A stretch of 64,000 nt of DNA. Source: Parcubacteria group bacterium Greene0416_36 (GTDB taxonomy: Bacteria; Patescibacteriota; Patescibacteriia; VMEV01). The translations under genes were made by a program, and so were the position numbers. The notes under the pieces were generated by a model, which made no database searches, was not told where the DNA came from, and saw nothing but the letters and a program-made list of their open reading frames with translations. This document shows, piece after piece, positions 19,136 to 28,437 of this stretch. Every line of letters begins with the position of its first letter. Position 1 is the first letter of the stretch. The stretch lies in assembly GCA_007375725.1 (NCBI GenBank), contig VMEV01000003.1, positions 50-64,049 of the forward strand, given 5' to 3'.

Positions 19136-19384
19136 CTAAATGATTTCCAGCTCTTTGAGCAGTCCCACTTGTTCCTCATTCCCCGGGTCAAATTTCCCGC
19201 GGCTAAACCAGTGGATTCGGTCGAAATCACGGAGGAGGAGGTCCCAGATGTGGAGCCGGCCCTGGAGATAGACATAATCCTTGGTGTAGCAGACGCCGGG
19301 GGTGGCGCAGTCCGTGCCTCGGAAGGTGCGGGCGGCTCGGTCCCATGCGATGTCAGCGGGATTGGCTTGGAGCAGACTGGCCAA
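19136..19384 (-). pseudogene. C-terminal remnant of a DUF1704 (QEGLA/MATCAP-like peptidase) gene
   Basis: 'AARTFRG...GVCYTKDYVYLQG...GKF' resembles the family C-terminal motif; HExxxH region absent; GC-rich patch in AT-rich flanks. Confidence 0.6.
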
Positions 19385-19606
19385 TTAATATTCCTAAGTC
19401 CCCTCATACTGTTTATAAATACAAACGAATAGGTTGGAAAGGTTGGAATCATTTTCTAGGCACACAAAAACAATTTTTAAGGAATCAATTTAAAAGTCAC
19501 GGAAACTTCCGTGTCTTTTAATTTTGTCTATATCTGCCCATCTTGTCCTTTCCCCCCATTTGGAATACCCTATAAAAATACCCTTTTAGTATTGTTTATC
19601 TTTTGT

Positions 19607-21052
19607 ATGCAAATTACTCTGATGGAGGCGAAAGTATCGGCCAATCATGCCAAATATATTCCGATCATGCTTTCTGTTGGCAAAGAGAAGACCGATGGCT
19701 GGGTGGTGGAGGGGGAGAAAAAGTCATTGGCTTTGGCGGTGGCGGATCCGAAGAAATTGAATCGCCGAAGCTGGTCTATGTTGATTCGCCGAGTTATTTC
19801 AATGGCGAAAGCGCATCATGTAAAGAATATTTGCTTGAATCTTGTTGATTTTAAATTCTCCCATTTGAAAATGTCTTGGGAAGATTTGGTTGAAGAAATA
19901 ACGGTGAATCTCAAGCTCGCCAATTTTGAATTTGTCCGCTACAAAACCAAGCCTGAGGAAGGGTGGAATTGGGTGAAGGAGGTAGCACTTATTACGCCCG
20001 AGGATTCATCGCGCCGTAGTCCCGCCACAAGAGGGACGGAGGCGGATAAATCCGCCAAGGCCGAGATCAAAAAAGGCCTAGAGAGAGGCGTGATTCTTGC
20101 CGACGAGATCAATAATACTCGTGTTCTCGCCAATACTCCCGGCGGCGACATCACGCCCGAGAGTCTCGCCGAAGAGGCGATCAAGGCGGCCAAGGGGCTG
20201 CCCATCAAGGTGGAGGTGCTGGGCGTGGAGAAAATGACCGAACTCAAAATGGGAGGACTCCTGGGCGTGGGGAAAGGGTCGCACTTCAAGCCGCGATTCA
20301 TCATTATGGAATACTTCGGCGGGAAGAAAAGCGAGAAGCCGGTGGTGATGGTGGGTAAAGGCGTGACCTTTGACACCGGAGGACTCAGCCTCAAGCCCGC
20401 CCCTAGTCTGCTCGACATGCATATGGATATGTCCGGCGGGGCGGCATGCATTCACGCGCTCGTGGCCGCGGCCAAGCTCAAGGTCAAGAAGAATTTGGTC
20501 GTACTGGTTCCAGCCGCTGAGAATATGGTCTCGGGCGAGAGTTACCGTCCCAATGATATCTTGACGATGATGTCCGGGAAGACGGTCGAGGTTCTCAATA
20601 CCGATGCCGAGGGCCGTATTATCCTGGCTGATGGACTTCACTATGCTCACCGATATGCGCCTCGTCTCATTGTCGATGTGGCCACACTCACGGGCGCTTC
20701 GCTTGCGGCTTTGGGTCAGTATGGCTCCGGTATTTTTACCAAAGACGAGTCCTTGTCCGATAAATTTTGCAAATGGGGCGAGGAAGTGGGGAACCGCGTC
20801 TGGCCTCTCCCTCTCTGGGACGAGTTCGCCGATGAAATCAAGAGTTCCTTCGCGGATCTCTCCAATATCGGTTCCGTCCGCTGGGGCGACGCTTCCCACG
20901 CCGCCGCATTCCTCTCGTCCTTCGCCGGCGATTTTCCTTGGATCCACCTCGACATGGCCCCCCGCATGGTCGCCACCAAAGCCGATCACCTAGCCAAAGG
21001 AGCAATGGGCGAGCCGGTCCGATTGTTGGTCAAGGTGATGGAAAATTATTAA
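19607..21052 (+). CDS. pepA: Leucyl aminopeptidase (M17)
   Basis: VGKGVTFDTGG, DMSGG, NTDAEGR, DVATLTG; start taken at ATG 19607. Confidence 0.95.
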   Translation: MQITLMEAKVSANHAKYIPIMLSVGKEKTDGWVVEGEKKSLALAVADPKKLNRRSWSMLIRRVISMAKAHHVKNICLNLVDFKFSHLKMSWEDLVEEITVNLKLANFEFVRYKTKPEEGWNWVKEVALITPEDSSRRSPATRGTEADKSAKAEIKKGLERGVILADEINNTRVLANTPGGDITPESLAEEAIKAAKGLPIKVEVLGVEKMTELKMGGLLGVGKGSHFKPRFIIMEYFGGKKSEKPVVMVGKGVTFDTGGLSLKPAPSLLDMHMDMSGGAACIHALVAAAKLKVKKNLVVLVPAAENMVSGESYRPNDILTMMSGKTVEVLNTDAEGRIILADGLHYAHRYAPRLIVDVATLTGASLAALGQYGSGIFTKDESLSDKFCKWGEEVGNRVWPLPLWDEFADEIKSSFADLSNIGSVRWGDASHAAAFLSSFAGDFPWIHLDMAPRMVATKADHLAKGAMGEPVRLLVKVMENY

Positions 21053-21053
21053 A

Positions 21054-21133
21054 AAATCCCTCCCCAGCCCTCCCTTTGACAAGGGAGGGGGTAGCTTCCC
21101 CCTTGTCAAAGGGGGACTGAGGGGGATTTGTTG
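21054..21133. repeat. CAACAAATCCC-family repeat
   Basis: Near-identical copy between pepA and xth. Confidence 0.93.
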
Positions 21134-21149
21134 CTGGCTTTTTCTATTT

Positions 21150-21929
21150 ATGAAAAATATCTCTCTTCTCTCCTGGAACGTCAACGGCATCCGCGCGGTC
21201 GATCGAAAAGGTGCGCTCGAATGGCTCCGCGTGGCCGAGTACGACATTGTCGCTCTCCAAGAAATCAAGCTTTCCGATGTATCCCAACTCACGGACAAAG
21301 TGAAAAATGTGCCGGGGTATCATTCGTTTTGGCATCCCTGCTTGGAGCGAAAGGCTTATTCGGGCGTGGCGGTGTACACCAAAAAAGAGCCCAAATCCGT
21401 CAAAACCGATTTTGGAAAAAATAGTCTGCTCTCGCGAGAAGGCCGGGTGATCGAAATGGATTTCGGGGATTTTATATTCCTCAATATTTATTTCCCCAAT
21501 GGGGGATCCGGACCCGAGCGCTTGGATTTTAAGATGCGTTTTTACGCCGAATTTTTGAATTATATAAAAGCACTCGATAAAGCCGGCAAAAATATTATTT
21601 TTTGCGGGGATGTCAATACCGCCCACAAACCCATCGACCTCGCCCGCCCCAAGGCTAATGAGGAAGTATCTGGGTTTCTGCCCATGGAGCGCGCCTGGAT
21701 CGACGAGCTAGTGTCAGCCGGTTTTGTCGATACCTTCCGACTGTTTCACTCGGAGGGGGAGCGATACACTTGGTGGGACCAAAAATCTCGCGCCCGCGAC
21801 CGGAACGTCGGCTGGAGAATCGATTATTTTTTTGTCAATGATCAAATGAAGCACAAGGTCGTCTCTGCGGATATTCTCCCCAATTATATGGGGTCGGATC
21901 ATTGTCCGGTGACTTTGGGGATTAAATAA
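21150..21929 (+). CDS. xth: Exodeoxyribonuclease III / AP endonuclease
   Basis: SWNVNGIRA, LQEIK, GDVNTAH, GWRIDY, GSDHCP. Confidence 0.96.
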   Translation: MKNISLLSWNVNGIRAVDRKGALEWLRVAEYDIVALQEIKLSDVSQLTDKVKNVPGYHSFWHPCLERKAYSGVAVYTKKEPKSVKTDFGKNSLLSREGRVIEMDFGDFIFLNIYFPNGGSGPERLDFKMRFYAEFLNYIKALDKAGKNIIFCGDVNTAHKPIDLARPKANEEVSGFLPMERAWIDELVSAGFVDTFRLFHSEGERYTWWDQKSRARDRNVGWRIDYFFVNDQMKHKVVSADILPNYMGSDHCPVTLGIK

Positions 21930-21931
21930 AA

Positions 21932-22011
21932 AAATCCCTCCCCAACCCTCCCTTTGACAAGGGAGGGGGTAGCTTCCCCCTTGTCAAAGGGGGATTGAGG
22001 GGGATTTGTTG
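21932..22011. repeat. CAACAAATCCC-family repeat
   Basis: Near-identical copy after xth. Confidence 0.93.
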
Positions 22012-22021
22012 CTATATTTCT

Positions 22022-22561
22022 ATGATCGGCAAAACCCATCTCGCCATCGGTGCCGCCTCCGCTTGGATTGGCACGGCTGTACTCTCACTCCCCGCAGTTT
22101 TCTGGGCCCCTATGGTCGGGGCTTTATTCGCGTTGGTTCCTGATATCGATGCGTCAGAAGCAAAAATTTCTAACCTCAATTACAAGGGCATTCAATTTTT
22201 TAGGCCCTTCCAAATGGTCTTCTCCAATTTTAAGCATCGCGGGTTTTGTCATTCGATTGTGTTTTTGATCGGGCTTTATTTATTGGGTCTATACGGCTTT
22301 TATGCGGGCTTTATTTCCGCGGGGTTTCTCTCTTTTGCCATGATCGGCTACGCCAGCCACTTACTCCTCGATGCCCTGACTCCGGCCGGGATCGGCTTGT
22401 TTTGGCCCATTCCTATTAAATTTCGGCTCTTGCCGAGGGTGATTTCTCCCAAGACCGGCGGGTTTGTCGATAGTCTTTTTTGGATCGTGGGAAATGTGGG
22501 ATGGCTTCTCTATTACCTCGTCTATTTTGGCGCCTCGACCGTCCCGGGCGGGGGATTTTAA
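22022..22561 (+). CDS. YdjM-like membrane metal-dependent hydrolase
   Basis: M.GKTH, LVPDID, HRGFCHS, GYASHLLLDALTPAG. Confidence 0.9.
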   Translation: MIGKTHLAIGAASAWIGTAVLSLPAVFWAPMVGALFALVPDIDASEAKISNLNYKGIQFFRPFQMVFSNFKHRGFCHSIVFLIGLYLLGLYGFYAGFISAGFLSFAMIGYASHLLLDALTPAGIGLFWPIPIKFRLLPRVISPKTGGFVDSLFWIVGNVGWLLYYLVYFGASTVPGGGF

Positions 22562-22611
22562 ATTAAAAAACTTCCAATTAAAATGGAAGTTATTTCACTT
22601 AAGAAATTTCT

Positions 22612-24312
22612 TTACAAAGTGGAGCCATAACGAAGAGAAATGGCGTTCCGGCGGAGTTTGAGAGTGGGGGTCAGGAGCCCCGCCTCTATTGTGAAGGGTT
22701 CGGGGATGATCTCAAACTCGTAGATTTTTTCCCATTTTTCTAAGCGGCTATTTACTTTCTGGAGGATATTGTCGAAATCTTCCTTTCGGGTATGCTGATT
22801 TTGAGGAACGATTAATGCTTTTACGAAATTTCTGCTGTTGCCGATAATGCATACTTGCTGGATTTCGGGGTACTGGAGTATTTTTTCTTCAATCGGAAGG
22901 GGGAATACTTTTTCTCCATTGCCTAGGACGATCATGTCTTTAACCCTGCCAATGATTCGGAGTATCCCTTTATTATCTAAATACCCGATGTCTCCAGTGG
23001 CAAGCCAATTATCTTGAAGGATTTTCCCTGTGGCTTCAGGGTTGCGATAATATTCTTTCATGAGCCCGGGGCTTTTAACGAGAATCTCTCCTTCGATGTA
23101 AGGATTCTTGTGGGTCTGAGGCCACTCGTCTGTCGGGATGATTTTGATTTCGACGCCAGAGAGAGGTTTTCCAGCAGCTCCAGGATTCGTTCCATCAGAG
23201 TCAAGAGTGATCACGCCCGCTTCGCTCATGCCAAATCCTACACGAGAGTCCAGTCCAATAGCATTGAAATCTTTGATTATTTCTGTGCGTATTGGGGCTC
23301 CACCGACCAGAAGGGTTCGTACGGATCCGCCCAATTTCTTTTTTATCGTTTGGATCACAGTTCTATCCAAAATATTTTTGAATATTGTGGGCCAGTTTTT
23401 TCGATAAGCGCGGAATGCCAAGCCAAGCAGGGTTCTTTTAATCGGCGAGAGCCCTTTTCCTGCGTGTATTTTTTCCAAGAGAGAGGGGACCGTGCAGATC
23501 AGAGTAGGTTGGTGCAGCTGGAACGCTTCCATGAGATTGGCGGGGGTTGTTTTGTCGCAATGGTAAATATACGCGCCACTCAAAAATAAGAACCACTGTA
23601 CCCATCTTTCAAATATGTGGCTGAGGGGAAGGAAGCTGACATACCTTTCATTTTTTTGGACAAGGTTTAATAATCCGATCATTTTTAGATTTTTGGCAAT
23701 GTCTCCATGAGTATGGACACATCCTTTGCCTTCTCCGGTAGTTCCGGATGTGTATATGATTGTGGCAGGGTCATAATCGGAGACCAGTGGCAGGGTGCTC
23801 ATGTAGGTGAGATGATTCTCGATGTGGGTTCCTGGATATCGGAGGCATGCATCTGTGATCAGGGTGCCGAGGGTCACGCAAGACGGGTCGGCAGTGAAAA
23901 CGAGATAAGTGCTGTCGAGCAGTATTATCTTCTCGATTCCTATTTTTTTGAATTCTTGGATCGCCTGGATATTGGTTCCGATGGTTACTAGCATTTTGCA
24001 TTGTGCGTGCGCGGTTTGTTTTTGTGCGCCTTCTTGGGTTGTGGTTTGGTGGATGGGTACCACGATACCCCCTGCCGATAGTGCGGCCATATCCATCATA
24101 AACCATAATATGCAGTTGGGGGCCCATATTGCGATCCGGTCTCCTTTTTCGAGGCCGGCGTTTATGAGCCCGAATGTTAGATCTAGTACAAATTGACGGA
24201 TTTTTTGGCTATCCATGGCTTCCAATCTCTGCCAGTTATCAGCAGGATTTCGGAAGGTCCCTATATCCGGGCTATTCCAAAAACATTCTAGAATAGTTGA
24301 GTAATTTTGCAT
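22612..24312 (-). CDS. Long-chain fatty acid--CoA ligase (AMP-binding family)
   Basis: IYTSGTTGEGKG, FLPLSHIFER, GFGMSE, TGDIG, GRVKD, LTPTLKLRR. Confidence 0.92.
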   Translation of the reverse strand: MQNYSTILECFWNSPDIGTFRNPADNWQRLEAMDSQKIRQFVLDLTFGLINAGLEKGDRIAIWAPNCILWFMMDMAALSAGGIVVPIHQTTTQEGAQKQTAHAQCKMLVTIGTNIQAIQEFKKIGIEKIILLDSTYLVFTADPSCVTLGTLITDACLRYPGTHIENHLTYMSTLPLVSDYDPATIIYTSGTTGEGKGCVHTHGDIAKNLKMIGLLNLVQKNERYVSFLPLSHIFERWVQWFLFLSGAYIYHCDKTTPANLMEAFQLHQPTLICTVPSLLEKIHAGKGLSPIKRTLLGLAFRAYRKNWPTIFKNILDRTVIQTIKKKLGGSVRTLLVGGAPIRTEIIKDFNAIGLDSRVGFGMSEAGVITLDSDGTNPGAAGKPLSGVEIKIIPTDEWPQTHKNPYIEGEILVKSPGLMKEYYRNPEATGKILQDNWLATGDIGYLDNKGILRIIGRVKDMIVLGNGEKVFPLPIEEKILQYPEIQQVCIIGNSRNFVKALIVPQNQHTRKEDFDNILQKVNSRLEKWEKIYEFEIIPEPFTIEAGLLTPTLKLRRNAISLRYGSTL

Positions 24313-24402
24313 TGTTGCAGTCTCCCAATAAATAAATTGTAAATGTTCGACGATTGCCTTTAAAATAGGCTTATAACTGTGGCTTGTCAATGTTTTGCAA
24401 TT

Positions 24403-24431
24403 TTGACTTCCGCCCCTTTTTTTATTATCCT
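24403..24431 (+). promoter_or_regulatory. sigma70-type promoter of tRNA-Gln
   Basis: TTGACT-17 nt-TATCCT. Confidence 0.55.
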
Positions 24432-24495
24432 ATTTCTGCTGTTGCTTGGTTGTTCCATTCTTCATTCTTAATTCTACATTTTTAATTCTTTCTAT

Positions 24496-24566
24496 TCGGG
24501 GATCGTCTAATGGTAGGACACTGGCCTTTGAAGCCAAGAATCGGGGTTCGACCCCCTGTCCCCGAA
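24496..24566 (+). tRNA. tRNA-Gln (TTG)
   Basis: TCGGGGATCGTCTAATGGTAGGACACTGGCCTTTGAAGCCAAGAATCGGGGTTCGACCCCCTGTCCCCGAA cloverleaf. Confidence 0.93.
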
Positions 24567-24693
24567 CCCAACTAAAAACACCTTATTTAAATAGGGTGTT
24601 TTTGGTTTTATCCTTGTTTTATGTCGGTTTTTGTGTTTACATACTGCTATGTCCAAAAAAGGTGTTCATTCTGTTTATAAGGAGTATCTATCG

Positions 24694-25185
24694 ATGAATA
24701 GTGAAAAAATTAAAGATTTTTTCTTTGAAGCAATGCGGGAAGGGTGGGCGGTGCAATCACCTAAAATCCCCATCTCCAATCTTCCGGGTTCTAAAAGCAT
24801 ACCCTATTCGAAGGGGGAGTATTTTCTTCTCGATTATTATTTTGTGGCTCCTAATTCAAACTCAAGTTATGGCTCGACGGTTATTTGGATTGCTGGTCGG
24901 CCGGTTTGGTTAATGCATTATGGCGGCTGGTACGATGAACCAGTCATTCCGTTTTTAAAACGAGCCTTAATGCAAAATTATAGTGAAAATTTTTTTTGGG
25001 GAGGCAGAGGGCCGGAGCGATTGGAGGGAGAGAGTCATACTTTGCAGTATTTAAATAATGTTGAGCAAAATGATTTCAATAGTTTTCGAGGAAGCGAATA
25101 CATCATTTCAACATCGGACCAATCCGGAAAGCCAGAGGGACAAAAATTAGGGGGACATCATTATTTTGGTGGGCTATTTGTATAA
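24694..25185 (+). CDS. DUF5680-like hypothetical protein
   Basis: 'G..VIW..GRPVWLMHYGG..FLKRAL...RGP...Y.N.V...F..FRGSE.I...YFGG' pattern. Confidence 0.65.
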   Translation: MNSEKIKDFFFEAMREGWAVQSPKIPISNLPGSKSIPYSKGEYFLLDYYFVAPNSNSSYGSTVIWIAGRPVWLMHYGGWYDEPVIPFLKRALMQNYSENFFWGGRGPERLEGESHTLQYLNNVEQNDFNSFRGSEYIISTSDQSGKPEGQKLGGHHYFGGLFV

Positions 25186-25347
25186 ATAGGCAATTTTCTT
25201 AAATAGGAGCCCTTGCGTAAGTCATTCAACTTTAAAAAAGGTTGAATTTTTTTATAGCATTTTTATTGCCTTTCTCGTATCATTTTTGATACGATTCGGG
25301 TAGGAAAATGATACGATTTTTGATAAAGTCTGCGATGAGTAATTCAT

Positions 25348-26628
25348 GTGATTATGTTTCCTATTAGAATAAATAAACCGTATTATCATAAGTTTTTTAT
25401 CCAACGGGCAGGTTTAGTTGCTATTTTTGTATCGGCGCGCTGTTTAGCTAAGGACAAAAGCGTTAACAACTTGGATGAAGACTTAAGAATAGAAATCAAT
25501 AATCTGCAATGTCGAGAATATGGGGCCGTGAAGAAAAAACAACTATTTAATATTCCAGCAAGTTTCAATGGTTCAAAATTAAGAGGTCTTAAACAGACCA
25601 TAATTTTTATTTTGGTGTTGCCGAAAGGTGAAAATATATTAAATTTTTTCCCGAAATCGACAGCTATTCTCGAAGATATTTCGATATGTGAATTATCCGG
25701 TCAAAAACAACTTAATTTCAATATAAATGAACGAGCAGAGGATGGAGACAGAAGGCCTTGGGTAACATTTGTACTGATAAATTTACCGTTGTTATCTTTT
25801 TCAGTTGATCTTGCGTTAACTAGGCGTTTTTTGGATAGCGACGATGTGAAAATTATTGTGAATTCAAAAATAAAAAATAATTTCTCGTCCATAAAACATT
25901 TTTTCTGGTATTTAATTGGAGGAAATATTTTTTTCAAAAAAGGAAGTGATCAAAGCCATGAGCGAAGATTTCTAGTTAGTTTTGATGAAAATTTAGACAA
26001 TGGCATTCATTATTTAGAGTTTTTGGCGGATAGAATGCCGAAATTCGATCAGATAACTTTAAACCTTGGCTATAATGAAACTGAAGCAGGCAAGAGGGCG
26101 TCTAATATAATAAAAACATTTTCTCAAATTATTATTGATATTGCTCGTGAATATAGGATAGACCCTGTCATCGTTGCATCAGTTATCTATCAGGAACAAT
26201 CAATAAATGTTAATTTTGTTGATACTTTGACTGATTATGTTGGAGGATTGGCTTATTTAAATACTTCGGTGGGAATTGGCCAGATTAGAGTCAAAACAGC
26301 CGAGAATTTAGAGAAATTGTATCCTGAATTAAGACCGTTGGTTATTGATAATAATTCAGTTGATTCAAATATACTAAGAGTTACAAGGCTGTTAGAGCCT
26401 TCGCTGAATATAAGGTTTGTAGCCGCAAAAATTAAATTCTCGCAGGAGAGATGGAAGCAGTCTGGTTTTGATATAAGCGATAAATCGGATATTTTAGGAA
26501 CTTTATACAACTTGGAAGATATTGCCAATCCGATTTTACCTAATGAAGCACCGGAAGCTAATGATTTTGGTTTGGGTGTAGAAAATAATTATCAGAAGGT
26601 TCGTAAGTTGTTGGGGTATGAAAATTAA
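25348..26628 (+). CDS. Hypothetical protein with C-terminal lysozyme/transglycosylase-like domain
   Basis: 'IAREYRIDPVIVASVIYQE...SVGIGQI...LLEPSLNIRF...YN' matches the SLT-fold motif order. Confidence 0.65.
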   Translation: MIMFPIRINKPYYHKFFIQRAGLVAIFVSARCLAKDKSVNNLDEDLRIEINNLQCREYGAVKKKQLFNIPASFNGSKLRGLKQTIIFILVLPKGENILNFFPKSTAILEDISICELSGQKQLNFNINERAEDGDRRPWVTFVLINLPLLSFSVDLALTRRFLDSDDVKIIVNSKIKNNFSSIKHFFWYLIGGNIFFKKGSDQSHERRFLVSFDENLDNGIHYLEFLADRMPKFDQITLNLGYNETEAGKRASNIIKTFSQIIIDIAREYRIDPVIVASVIYQEQSINVNFVDTLTDYVGGLAYLNTSVGIGQIRVKTAENLEKLYPELRPLVIDNNSVDSNILRVTRLLEPSLNIRFVAAKIKFSQERWKQSGFDISDKSDILGTLYNLEDIANPILPNEAPEANDFGLGVENNYQKVRKLLGYEN

Positions 26629-27202
26629 AAAGGCTTTAAAGGTTTTTTTAATTTTGATTTTAATTTATAATTTATTTCTATTTTGTAGTATTTACTATTA
26701 TTCCAGAATAGAAAAAATTTTAAAAGCTGACGCTATTGTAGTTTTAGGTGCCAGTCAATGGAATGGACAGCCTAGTCCGGTTTTTAAGGCAAGGCTTGAC
26801 CATGCCTATGATTTATACTCCGGATTGTATGCTGATAAATTGATATTGACAGGTGGTATAGGTAAAGGAGAAAATTTATCGGAGGCTGAGGTCGGAAAAA
26901 GATATTTGGTTTCTAAAGGCGTCAAAAAAGAGGCTATTTTAATGGAAGAAAAAGGATGGACTTCTTGGCAAAGTTTGAATAATGTTAAAGATATTATTAA
27001 AGATCAATATGTAGAATCTTTTATCTTGGTAAGTGATGGGTTCCATTTAATGAGGCTGAATAAAATGGGAAATGATTTGGGTTGGAAAGTGACTACTTCT
27101 CCTACCCCCGATAGCCCGATTCTCAGAAATAAGTGGACAGAATTTAGATATATGCTAAGAGAGCTGGGTGTTTATTGGATGTATTTATTTTTTAAAGTTT
27201 AA
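26618..27202 (+). CDS. YdcF/SanA (DUF218) family protein
   Basis: ADAIVVLGA, RLDHA, LTGG, SEA, VSDGFHLMR. Confidence 0.92.
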   Translation: MKIKKALKVFLILILIYNLFLFCSIYYYSRIEKILKADAIVVLGASQWNGQPSPVFKARLDHAYDLYSGLYADKLILTGGIGKGENLSEAEVGKRYLVSKGVKKEAILMEEKGWTSWQSLNNVKDIIKDQYVESFILVSDGFHLMRLNKMGNDLGWKVTTSPTPDSPILRNKWTEFRYMLRELGVYWMYLFFKV

Positions 27203-27309
27203 AAAACATAATATATTTTGGATACGATTTCGCCTAGAAAGGCTTTATTTATCTGTTCTCGTGTTCTTTTTGTGTTCTATCCAAATGATTTTTTTTAGGG
27301 AGAAATATC

Positions 27310-27888
27310 ATGGTTAAAATAGTAAAAAGCAGGAAGAAAAAGACGGGACAAACCGATGACGAGAAATTGGTGAATCAGATCATGAAAAAGGAGAAAAAAA
27401 GGGGGAAGAAATTGTTTAAAGAAAGAGAGCTTTCCGGATCCTTGGAAGTCCAGTGGCAAGCCTTTACAGATGTGATTGCAGTGAGGCGGGATGAAGAAGT
27501 CTTTTGTCTCGTTTCGCTGTCCGCATTGTTTGATTTATTGGCCTTGTCGGATGATAAATTTCGTGAAGTAGGTGAGTGGGGGCTGGAAAAATGGATACCC
27601 CTGGAGTTCGATGATCCCTGTGATTTTGTCCGCAAATGGTTAGCGGCTATTGCTGAAAATCTGGGTATTTTGGACGAAGAAGAGAGGGCGCTTCGTTTGG
27701 AATCTTTTGATAATGATGTGGATTTTTATACAATCGATTGCGAAACTCTGGAGAAAATAAAAAGCCAGATTATCTCTCCTCCGGATTGGGTTGAAAAGCT
27801 ATTCAATAACAATGAGATGTCCTACAATGAAGAAGAGACAGATTCCGATTATGAATCCGGGGAAGATCGTGGTCTATGGGGATCTTAA
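27310..27888 (+). CDS. Acidic hypothetical protein
   Basis: 192-aa ORF, AGGGAG SD, basic N-terminus and acidic tail. Confidence 0.65.
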   Translation: MVKIVKSRKKKTGQTDDEKLVNQIMKKEKKRGKKLFKERELSGSLEVQWQAFTDVIAVRRDEEVFCLVSLSALFDLLALSDDKFREVGEWGLEKWIPLEFDDPCDFVRKWLAAIAENLGILDEEERALRLESFDNDVDFYTIDCETLEKIKSQIISPPDWVEKLFNNNEMSYNEEETDSDYESGEDRGLWGS

Positions 27889-27970
27889 TTTTCTTTACAA
27901 AAGTCAAATTGAAAAATCAAAAAAAAACCGTATCAACGGTTTTTTTAAATTGCATCGCGGCTAAGTAAGG

Positions 27971-28044
27971 TAGCAGGGATGGGGGTCGAACCCATGACCT
28001 CGGGTTTATGATACCCACGCTCTAACCAGCTGAGCTACCCTGCT
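27971..28044 (-). tRNA. tRNA with CAT anticodon (elongator Met or Ile2)
   Basis: Reverse complement AGCAGGGTAGCTCAGCTGGTTAGAGCGTGGGTATCATAAACCCGAGGTCATGGGTTCGACCCCCATCCCTGCTA. Confidence 0.93.
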
Positions 28045-28103
28045 AAATCTGTGCCTGCACCGCGTAGCCCTCTCCTCGAGCGTAAGCGATGAAGGCGAAG
28101 CGG

Positions 28104-28187
28104 TGCCGTCGGTCGGAATCGAACCGACACCTCGGTGAAGAGACAGGTTTTTGAGACCTGCGTGTCTACCAGTTCCACCACGACGGC
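28104..28187 (-). tRNA. tRNA-Leu (CAA)
   Basis: Reverse complement GCCGTCGTGGTGGAACTGGTAGACACGCAGGTCTCAAAAACCTG...GTTCGATTCCGACCGACGGCA; long variable arm. Confidence 0.95.
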
Positions 28188-28339
28188 CTGCCTAATGTCA
28201 AATCGCAAAGCGATTTGACATTAGGCGCGTCGAGCCCCCTAAAGGGCGAAGACGTCATGTCTAATCCGCATTTGCAATCGATGCCTTTTTCAGAAAAAGG
28301 TGGTCCCATTTGGAGGATGGACCCATAATTCATACGACA

Positions 28340-28390
28340 AATATATGCGATTTTATTTGCGTTGTCAAAGGAGAAAAAATGAAATATTAT
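28340..28390. promoter_or_regulatory. Overlapping divergent promoters for the tRNA pair and parAB
   Basis: Minus strand TTGACA(28368-63)-17-TATATT; plus strand TTGTCA(28362-67)-17-TATTAT. Confidence 0.55.
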
Positions 28391-28437
28391 GAAACTACAG
28401 ATCTCTTCGTTTCGAGGAAATTTTATTTTTTTCAGCT

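Noticed and set aside
17671-24490. ATTCTT(C/A) heptamer runs at about 17671 and 24458
   Set aside because: Short low-complexity tandem repeats with no supportable function
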